Origin: Alphaproteobacteria bacterium
Lineage (GTDB): Bacteria > Pseudomonadota > Alphaproteobacteria > Bin95
Assembly (NCBI GenBank): GCA_964291285.2
Contig: OZ219787.1
Location: 736,001 to 800,000, forward strand
Reading direction: 5' to 3'
DNA: 64,000 bases
The notes below the pieces were generated by a model. The model was given only the letters and a program-made list of their open reading frames with translations. It was not told where the DNA came from and did no database searches. This document shows, one piece after another, positions 57,023 through 64,000 of the stretch (position 1 is its first letter; every line of letters begins with the position of its first letter). Position numbers and translations under genes: made by a program.

Positions 57023-58327
57023 TCAGCCCTTCAGCTGGATGTTGTCGGGCAGGAACATGACGATCTCGGGGAAGACCGTGATCAGCAGCGCCATGCCCGC
57101 CATGATGAAGAAGAAGGGCAGCGTCGCGATGGCGATGCGGCCGATCTTCTCGCCGGTCATGCCCTGAATGACGAACAGGTTGAAGCCGACCGGCGGCGTG
57201 ATCTGCGCCATCTCGACAACGATCACCAGGAAGATCCCGAACCACACCTTGTCGAAGCCCGCCTGCGTCACCAGCGCAAGGGTGATCGGCAAGGTCATGA
57301 CGATGCTGGACATGCCCTCCAGCACGCAGCCCAGGATGGCGTAGAACACCAGCAGCAGCAGGATGAGCCCGAAGGGCGAAAGGCCGAGCCCGGCGATCTC
57401 GCCGGCGATGATGCGCGGCACGCCCAGATAGCCGATGGCGATGGACAGGAAATAGGCGCCGGCGACGATCAGCCCGATCATCGAGATGGTGCGGACGGCG
57501 CCGAAACAGGCCTGGCGCAGATTGCCGAAGGTGAGCGTGCCCTGCATGGCGCTGACGATGAGCGCGCCGACAACGCCGACGGCCGCGGCTTCCGACGGGC
57601 TGGCGTAGCCGCCGTACATCGAGCCCAGGACGAGGAAGATCAGGAAGACGACCGGACCGAGATGCCGAAGGCCGGCCAGCCGCTCGGCCATCGGGACATG
57701 GAGTTCCTCGTTCGAGACCATGGAAGGCCGGGTGAGGGTCCTGACCGCGATGTAGAGCATGTAGCCGAGCGCGAGCAGCAGCCCTGGAACGACGCCCGCG
57801 ATGAAGAGCTTGAGGATCGAGGTCTCGGCCAGCACGCCGTAAACGATCAGAACCAGGCTCGGCGGGATCAGCAGGCCGAGCGTACCGGCGCCCGCGAGCG
57901 AGCCCATCGCAAGGTCCTTGTCGTAGCCCCGCCGGAACAGTTCGGTGAGGGTGATGCGCCCGACCGTGGCCGTGGTGGCGGCCGACGAGCCCGAAATCGC
58001 GGCGAACAGCGTGCAGCCGAGCACGTTGACATGCAGCAGGCGTCCGGGAAGCCGGGTCGTCCAGGGCGTGATCCCGGCGAACAGCGTTTCCGAAAGCTTG
58101 GTGCGGAACAGGATTTCCGCCATCAGGATGAACATCGGCAGCGCCAGCAGTTCCGGCGTCGTCGTGACGTTCCAGATCATCTGGGCGAGCAGCTTTTCCA
58201 CCGGCATGGACCGGAAGACGCCGAGCGAGATAAGCCCGACGGATATGAGCGACACGGCCACCCAGACGCCCGCGGCAAGCGTGATCGCAAGAAGGCCGAG
58301 GACCGTGAAGACGATGGCGGTGGTCAT
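57023..58327 (-). CDS. dctM: TRAP transporter large permease
   Basis: FAAISGSS.AT, GTLG.LIPPS, ITPPVG.NLFV. Confidence 0.95.
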   Translation of the reverse strand: MTTAIVFTVLGLLAITLAAGVWVAVSLISVGLISLGVFRSMPVEKLLAQMIWNVTTTPELLALPMFILMAEILFRTKLSETLFAGITPWTTRLPGRLLHVNVLGCTLFAAISGSSAATTATVGRITLTELFRRGYDKDLAMGSLAGAGTLGLLIPPSLVLIVYGVLAETSILKLFIAGVVPGLLLALGYMLYIAVRTLTRPSMVSNEELHVPMAERLAGLRHLGPVVFLIFLVLGSMYGGYASPSEAAAVGVVGALIVSAMQGTLTFGNLRQACFGAVRTISMIGLIVAGAYFLSIAIGYLGVPRIIAGEIAGLGLSPFGLILLLLVFYAILGCVLEGMSSIVMTLPITLALVTQAGFDKVWFGIFLVIVVEMAQITPPVGFNLFVIQGMTGEKIGRIAIATLPFFFIMAGMALLITVFPEIVMFLPDNIQLKG

Positions 58328-58342
58328 GGAGGCTCCGGCCTT

Positions 58343-58867
58343 CTACTCGACGCTGTAGGAGCGCATGGCTTCCTGGTCGTCCGGCGGATCGTCGATAACC
58401 AGCCGGATCAGGCGGACGATCATCTGGAGGGCCAGAAGCGTGGCGCCGATCGCGAGGCCGGAGGTCGGATAGATCAGGGGCACCGCAACCACGGTGAACG
58501 AGGTGCTGCCGGCGACGAACGTCTGCCAGGCGAAGAGGATCAGCGAATAGGCCAGGTAACAGGTGATGGCGACGCCGAAGATCGTGGCGAGGAACTCCGA
58601 GATCCGGGCCACGTGGGGGTTCCGGCTGGTAATGAGGAACGCGACGCGGACCTGGCCGCCGGTTCGCAGCGTGAAGGCGGCGCCGAGGAAGATCGCGGTG
58701 CCGAGAAAGTAGGAGCTGTATTCCCAGGCGAAGCTGAGCGAGATGTTGAAGACCGTGCGGCAGACGACTTCCGCGATGATCAGGATCACGATGCCGACCA
58801 CGAGCAGCACGGCGATGACGCCGGCGGCCTGAGACACCCTGTCCACGGCGGTCAGCGCTGCCCGCAC
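58343..58867 (-). CDS. dctQ: TRAP transporter small permease
   Basis: 4 TM helices, EV..R, FLG.A.TLR.G..VRV. Confidence 0.9.
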   Translation of the reverse strand: MRAALTAVDRVSQAAGVIAVLLVVGIVILIIAEVVCRTVFNISLSFAWEYSSYFLGTAIFLGAAFTLRTGGQVRVAFLITSRNPHVARISEFLATIFGVAITCYLAYSLILFAWQTFVAGSTSFTVVAVPLIYPTSGLAIGATLLALQMIVRLIRLVIDDPPDDQEAMRSYSVE

Positions 58868-58884
58868 CGTCCCCTCCCCGCGAA

Positions 58885-58910
58885 CGGCTCCCCGGCTTGT
58901 CCGGGGAGCC
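58885..58910. terminator. Intercistronic stem-loop after dctP
   Basis: GGCTCCCCGG-CTTGT-CCGGGGAGCC. Confidence 0.5.
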
Positions 58911-58928
58911 GCGCCGCCTGCCGGTCGT

Positions 58929-59921
58929 TCAGCGTCCGACAGCCTTCCAGAAGTCTTCGATGACCATCTTGGCCTTCGGGTGGGCGTCCATGAACGCGCC
59001 GACCATGGGCTTGGTCGCGTCCTGCATGCCCGAGAGCATTTCAGGCGTCACCACGCCCATCGCGACGCCGTTGTCGTTCAGGATCTTGGACTTCGCCTCG
59101 TCCTCCATGCGGCTCACATCCCAGAACGGGGCCTCGAGCCTCCTGGCGGTTTCCTCGATCGCGGCCCGGTCCTTCTCGTCGATGGCCGCCCAGGCGTCGA
59201 GATTGACGTTCATCATGTTCGAGCCCCAGACATGGGCGGTCGGGTACATGAACTTGAGGAACTCCCAGAACTTGCCGTCCACGCCGGAACTCGCGGAGGT
59301 GGTGACGGCGTCGATGGTGCCGGCGGCCAGCGACGGCACGACCTCGCCCCAGGGAAGCTGGACCGCCGTCATGCCGATGGCATTGAACAGCGCGGTGGTC
59401 GTCTTGTCATAAGTGCGGATCTTGATGCCCGCCAGGTCTTCGAGCTTCCCGATCGGCACCTTCGTGTACACATACTGCCGGGGCCACGGCACTATGTAGA
59501 GGAGCTTCTGGTTGAACTGGGCCAGAACCTCGTCCAGCACGGGGCGGAAGTGCTGGTGCAGCTGCCGCAACTCGTCGAAACCGGAGACCAGATAGGGCTG
59601 GGCCTCAATGCCGACGATCGGCGCCTCTCCGACCTGCTGGTTCAGCAGCACGTCGCCGATCGGCACGAGCCCGTCGCGGACTGCGGTCAGCATCTCCGGG
59701 CCCTTGAAGCCCAGCGAGCCGCCGGGGTGGATGTTGATCTTGATGCGGCCCTCGGTCGCCTTCTCGACCTCGGCAGCGAACACCTTGGCGTTTTCGACAT
59801 GGAAATTGCCGTCCGGCCAGGCCAGCGGCAGGTCCCATTCGGCCGCCGAAAGCGCGGTGGCGCCGAACGAGAGCAGCGCAGCCGCCGTCGTCACAGGCAA
59901 GACTCGACGCATAGCGGTCAT
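58929..59921 (-). CDS. dctP: TRAP transporter substrate-binding protein
   Basis: Signal peptide, HPGGSLG, DL.G.KIR, W.EV...L..G.IDA. Confidence 0.93.
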   Translation of the reverse strand: MTAMRRVLPVTTAAALLSFGATALSAAEWDLPLAWPDGNFHVENAKVFAAEVEKATEGRIKINIHPGGSLGFKGPEMLTAVRDGLVPIGDVLLNQQVGEAPIVGIEAQPYLVSGFDELRQLHQHFRPVLDEVLAQFNQKLLYIVPWPRQYVYTKVPIGKLEDLAGIKIRTYDKTTTALFNAIGMTAVQLPWGEVVPSLAAGTIDAVTTSASSGVDGKFWEFLKFMYPTAHVWGSNMMNVNLDAWAAIDEKDRAAIEETARRLEAPFWDVSRMEDEAKSKILNDNGVAMGVVTPEMLSGMQDATKPMVGAFMDAHPKAKMVIEDFWKAVGR

Positions 59922-60127
59922 GGAAATTCCTCCTCCCGGTTGCTACGTCAGCGGACAAAGCAGGACTCCCTCATGCCCGCCGGCGACTCGCAGTCCTGCT
60001 TGTCCCGCTGTCGAAACACTCGCGCAGCCAGCCTGGGCTGTCAAATGCCGCGCGATGCCGCCCGGGCCGGGTCCCGGTCCCCGCGCGTCTCCCCCGAACG
60101 GGGGCGGTATGCTAGGCTCCGCGCGCA

Positions 60128-60739
60128 ATGGCAGTCCACCTCCACCGCGACGATATTCCCGAGGGCCTGACCTTCGGCACCATGGCGGCGGTCGATACCG
60201 AGACCATGGGGCTGAAGCCGTCACGGGACCGGCTCTGCGTGGTCCAGCTCTCGGCCGGGGACGGCAACGCGCATCTGGTCCAGTTTCCCGACGGCGACTA
60301 TGGCGCCCCGCGCCTCAGAGCCTTGTTGACGGACCCGGGCGTCACCAAATTGTTCCACTTCGCCCGCTTCGACCTCGCCGTGCTGGAGCGCTATCTCGGC
60401 GCGGCGGCATGGCCCGTCTATTGCACCCGCACGGCCTCGCGGCTGGTGCGCACCTACACCGACCGGCACGGCCTGAAGGACCTCTGCAAGGAGTTGCTCG
60501 GCATCGAAATCTCCAAGACGCAGCAATCGTCCGACTGGGGCGCGCCGGACCTCACCGGGCCGCAGCGGGACTACGCCGCCGCCGATGTGTTGTATCTTCA
60601 CCGCCTGAAGGAGCGGCTGGACTCGATGCTCGCCAGGGAGGGACGGACGGAACTGGCGTCGGCCTGTTTCGATTTCCTGCCGGTGCGCGCGCGGCTCGAC
60701 CTCGAAGGCTGGGCGGAGGAGGACATCTTTGCTCACTGA
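60128..60739 (+). CDS. rnd: Ribonuclease D-like 3'-5' exonuclease
   Basis: VDTETMGL...RDRLC.VQL, FHFARFD, QQSSDWG, YAA.DV. Confidence 0.93.
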   Translation: MAVHLHRDDIPEGLTFGTMAAVDTETMGLKPSRDRLCVVQLSAGDGNAHLVQFPDGDYGAPRLRALLTDPGVTKLFHFARFDLAVLERYLGAAAWPVYCTRTASRLVRTYTDRHGLKDLCKELLGIEISKTQQSSDWGAPDLTGPQRDYAAADVLYLHRLKERLDSMLAREGRTELASACFDFLPVRARLDLEGWAEEDIFAH

Positions 60740-61700
60740 ATCGCCGGATAACGCAGTGCGCGCGGCCGGGCGCCGGGTGCTGGCGATGGAAGCGGACGCG
60801 CTGCTGTCGCTCGCCGACAGCCTGGACGGCGCCTTCGACGAAGCGATCGATATCCTGGCCGGAGCCAGCGGGCGGGTGATCGTTTGCGGGATGGGCAAGA
60901 GCGGCCATGTCGCCGTCAAGATCGCCTCCACCCTGGCCTCGACCGGCACGCCCGCGCATTTCGTTCATCCGGGCGAGGCGGCGCATGGCGACCTCGGGAT
61001 GATTGCGCGGGACGACGTCCTGCTGGCGCTTTCGAACTCAGGCGGCACCGCCGAGCTCGCGGCCGTGATCGCCCATGCGGCGCGCTACTCCGTGCCCCTG
61101 ATCGCGGTAACGGCGAATGCCGACAGCCCGCTCGCGGAAGCGGCGGCGCTTGCTGTCGTGCTGCCGCCGGTGTCGGAGGCCTGCCCGATGGGCCTCGCGC
61201 CCACCACCTCGACCACCATGATGCTGGCGCTCGGCGATGCCCTGGCGGTGGCGCTGCTTGAGCGCAAGGGTTTCTCGGCAGACGATTTCCGCACCCTGCA
61301 CCCCGGTGGTTCGCTCGGCCAGAGCCTCAAGCTCGTCTCCGACATCATGCATGCAGGCGACGCCATGCCGCTCGTCGGGCCCGACACGGTCATGGGCGAG
61401 GCCTTGTTCGAAATTTCGTCCAAGGCGTTCGGCTGCGTCGGCGTGACGGACGATGCGGGAGCGCTTCTCGGCATCGTGACGGATGGCGACCTGCGGCGCT
61501 CGATGAGCACCGACCTGCTGCAACGCCCCGTCTCGGCGATCATGACCGCGTCGCCCAAGACCATCCGCCCGAGGGCGCTGGTGGCCGAGGCGCTGGCGGT
61601 CATGAACGAGGCGCAGATTACCGCCCTCTTCGTCGTCGAGGACGATGCGCCCGTCGGCATCGTCCATGTCCATGACTGCCTGCGCGCCGGGGTCGCCTGA
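60729..61700 (+). CDS. kdsD: Arabinose-5-phosphate isomerase (SIS + CBS)
   Basis: GMGKSGH, STGTP..FVHP.EA.HGDLG, APTTST, HPGG.LG, CBS pair. Confidence 0.95.
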   Translation: MLTESPDNAVRAAGRRVLAMEADALLSLADSLDGAFDEAIDILAGASGRVIVCGMGKSGHVAVKIASTLASTGTPAHFVHPGEAAHGDLGMIARDDVLLALSNSGGTAELAAVIAHAARYSVPLIAVTANADSPLAEAAALAVVLPPVSEACPMGLAPTTSTTMMLALGDALAVALLERKGFSADDFRTLHPGGSLGQSLKLVSDIMHAGDAMPLVGPDTVMGEALFEISSKAFGCVGVTDDAGALLGIVTDGDLRRSMSTDLLQRPVSAIMTASPKTIRPRALVAEALAVMNEAQITALFVVEDDAPVGIVHVHDCLRAGVA

Positions 61701-61703
61701 GCG

Positions 61704-62342
61704 GTGGCGGCCCGCGGCCAGGCATATTTCGCTTTCGTCGGCAGAGGCCGGCGGCCACAGGATTTCCGCTTTTACTCGTCCTTCGTGCGGGCCGCGAAGA
61801 TCGCCTTGCCGTCCGCGGCGGCGGCCCTGCTGCTGGCGGTCTTCGCCTGGCCGGAAACCGAGGAGATTCTGGGACCGGAATGGAAGGACGAGGCCGCCGC
61901 AGAGTTCGCGATGACCAATATGGAGGCGTATGGCTGGGACGAGGACCGGCCCTACTCGATCCGGTCCACCGGCATCCGGCGGCTCGGCAATGAAGGCCGG
62001 CGCTTCCACATGGACCACCCAACGGCCTGGATGGTCCTTCCGGACGGCGCCTGGCTCTCCGGCAGCGGCGAGAGCGGCGTCGTGGACTGGACCGAGCGGA
62101 CCGTGCATCTGTCGGGCGAGGTCCAGCTCCGCCACGAAGCCGGCTATGCGGTCCTCACCCAGTCGGCTTTCGTCAACATTGCGGAGAGAACCGCGTCCGG
62201 CGACGGGCCGCTGGAGGGCGCGGGCAATTCCGGCCGCTTCCGGGCCGAGGGATTCCGGGTCCTGGACGGCGGCAACAGGATCCGCCTGCTTGGCCGTTCG
62301 GCCGTCAGGTTCGATCCTGCCCCGGCCGCACCGCAGCAATGA
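61704..62342 (+). CDS. lptC: LPS export protein LptC
   Basis: Single TM plus beta-jellyroll-like region; synteny. Confidence 0.8.
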   Translation: MAARGQAYFAFVGRGRRPQDFRFYSSFVRAAKIALPSAAAALLLAVFAWPETEEILGPEWKDEAAAEFAMTNMEAYGWDEDRPYSIRSTGIRRLGNEGRRFHMDHPTAWMVLPDGAWLSGSGESGVVDWTERTVHLSGEVQLRHEAGYAVLTQSAFVNIAERTASGDGPLEGAGNSGRFRAEGFRVLDGGNRIRLLGRSAVRFDPAPAAPQQ

Positions 62343-63139
62343 AGCCGGCCGCGTTAGCCGTCCTTGCGGTTCTCGCCTCCGCGGCGGCATGGGGCTTCGA
62401 GCTCGACCTTGCGACCGGGTCTGGCGGGCCGTTCCAGATCGAGGCCGGCCGCAGCATCGAGTGGCGCCGGGACGAAAAGGTCTATATCGCGGAGGGCAAT
62501 GTCCGCGCCGAACAGGGCGGGCTGGTGCTGCAGGCGGAGACCCTGTCCGCCTACTATCGGTCGGACGACGCCGGGAAGACGCAAATCGAGCGGGTCGAGG
62601 CCGAGGGCGGCGTGACAATCGACTCTCCGGACGGAACGGCGAACGGCAGGGAGGCGATCTACGACCTCGACCGGTCGCTTATCGTGCTTCGCGGCGGCGA
62701 CCTCTCGCTCCAGACCACTGACTACCGGGTCACGGCGCGCGACAGCCTCGAATTCCACAGGGGCGAGAATTACGCCGTGGCGCGCGGCGCAGCGCAGGCC
62801 GTGCGGGCGGAGGAGTCCGTCTCGGCCGAAACGCTGGTGTTGCGGTTCGAGGATACGGGAGACGGCAAGCTGGCGGCGCGGCGCCTGGAGGCGTTCGGCA
62901 AGGTCGAGGTCCGCAGCGGGCCGGACTCGGTTACAGGCGAGCGCGGCTTCTACGACACCGAGGCGCAGACCGCCGAAGTCTGCGGTGATGTCCGCTTGCA
63001 GCAAGGCCCCAACCGGATGGCCGGCGAATGCGCCGAGGTGGACATTGCAAGGGGCCGCAGCCGCCTGGTGGCAGGCGCCGGCGGGCGGGTGAGCGGTCTG
63101 TTCGAGCCCGGAGCAACGGACCTCGCGCCGGCGCGATGA
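62339..63139 (+). CDS. lptA: LPS export protein LptA/OstA
   Basis: Signal peptide, A.GNV...QG, A.YDL; synteny. Confidence 0.85.
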   Translation: MKPAALAVLAVLASAAAWGFELDLATGSGGPFQIEAGRSIEWRRDEKVYIAEGNVRAEQGGLVLQAETLSAYYRSDDAGKTQIERVEAEGGVTIDSPDGTANGREAIYDLDRSLIVLRGGDLSLQTTDYRVTARDSLEFHRGENYAVARGAAQAVRAEESVSAETLVLRFEDTGDGKLAARRLEAFGKVEVRSGPDSVTGERGFYDTEAQTAEVCGDVRLQQGPNRMAGECAEVDIARGRSRLVAGAGGRVSGLFEPGATDLAPAR

Positions 63140-63879
63140 AGGAGCCCGGCCTCGCCGCATCCGGCCTTACTGCCTCCGGCCTCGCCAAACGCTATCGCAG
63201 ACGCACGGTCCTGCGCGATGTCTCGCTTTCCGTCGGCAGAGGCGAGGCGGTCGGCCTGCTCGGGCCCAACGGCGCCGGCAAGACCACCTGCTTCTACATC
63301 ATGACCGGCCTGACGGCGCCGGACAGCGGAAATGTCGGCATAGACGGGCAGGATGTGACCGGCCTTCCGCTCTACCGCCGCGCGCGGCTCGGGCTCGGCT
63401 ATCTGCCCCAGGAGCCCTCGATCTTCCGCGGCATGACGGTCGAGGCGAACATCCGCGCCGTGCTCGAAGTCGTCGAGAAGGACCGGAACACGCGCGCCGC
63501 GGTGCTGGAAGACCTGCTGGAGGAGTTCGCCATCGGCCATTTGCGCCGTTCGGCGGCATTGGCGCTTTCCGGCGGCGAGCGGCGGCGGGTGGAGATCGCG
63601 CGCGCGCTCGCGGCGCGTCCGAACTACGTCCTGCTGGATGAGCCGCTGGCCGGCATCGACCCCATTGCCGTCGGCGAGATCCGCGACCTCGTCTCCCACC
63701 TCAAGGACCGCGGCATCGGCGTGCTGATTACCGACCACAATGTCCGCGAGACGCTGGAGATCGTGGATCGCGCCTATATCCTGGCGGGCGGGGCGATCCT
63801 CAAGGAGGGCCTCCCGGCGGACATCATCGCCGACGAGCATGTGCGCCGCGTCTATCTGGGCGACAGCTTCAGCCTTTAG
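63136..63879 (+). CDS. lptB: LPS export ABC ATPase
   Basis: GPNGAGKTT, YLPQE.SIFR, LSGGERRR, LLDEP.AG.DP, ITDHNVRETL. Confidence 0.97.
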   Translation: MKEPGLAASGLTASGLAKRYRRRTVLRDVSLSVGRGEAVGLLGPNGAGKTTCFYIMTGLTAPDSGNVGIDGQDVTGLPLYRRARLGLGYLPQEPSIFRGMTVEANIRAVLEVVEKDRNTRAAVLEDLLEEFAIGHLRRSAALALSGGERRRVEIARALAARPNYVLLDEPLAGIDPIAVGEIRDLVSHLKDRGIGVLITDHNVRETLEIVDRAYILAGGAILKEGLPADIIADEHVRRVYLGDSFSL

Positions 63880-63944
63880 CACCGTTTTGGGCTATAACCT
63901 CCCTCGGGCAGAGGACGGGAGCGGCGAACGGCTGCATGAGGACG

Positions 63945-64000
63945 ATGACGCTCGGACCGAGGCTGCGGCAACGCCAGGCCCAGGGGCTGGTGATGACGCC
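63945..64000 (+). CDS. rpoN: RNA polymerase sigma-54, 5' fragment
   Basis: MTLGPRLRQRQAQGLVMT matches the RpoN N-terminus; follows lptB. Confidence 0.75.
   Translation, partial: MTLGPRLRQRQAQGLVMT

Noticed and set aside
53246-64000. Novelty in the hydantoinase/TRAP/lpt region
   Set aside because: Ordinary alphaproteobacterial genes in conventional synteny

Overview
GC-rich alphaproteobacterial DNA in three parts. (1) About 1-47415 is the establishment ('leading-region'-type) portion of an integrated conjugative element or plasmid. It is almost all on the + strand and strongly C-skewed. It carries DUF5131, a large serine recombinase, HU, ParB, a GHKL ATPase, RadC, an orphan C5 methyltransferase, a DUF433/PIN TA pair, a strawberry-notch methylase/helicase, two Toprim primases, an R2K-like ATP-grasp, a MoxR-AAA/DUF3150-like/vWA trio and DUF7007. 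IS1595, IS1380, an RIT element and a 4-kb IS21 with passenger genes each split a gene. No relaxase or T4SS genes lie in the window. (2) About 47416-53100 holds an IS1-family transposase with cargo, including an MTase-HNH fusion with a C10 tract, then a REP-rich array of four self-promoted coiled-coil gene cassettes around hicBA. (3) About 53200-64000 is ordinary chromosome: hydantoinase A/B, a TRAP transporter and rnd-kdsD-lptCAB-rpoN. The best candidate new system is at 28835-36837. Three tandem proteins share a ~150-170 aa helical repeat (7 copies) and a relaxase-like '...R..E...SMS[VAI]' C-terminus, but carry different cargoes (2x SLOG/DUF2493; a short unknown domain; SLOG+NADAR). A divergent small gene encodes a stand-alone copy of the first protein's helical domain. 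The inferred role is a set of conjugation-delivered effectors, possibly anti-defence.
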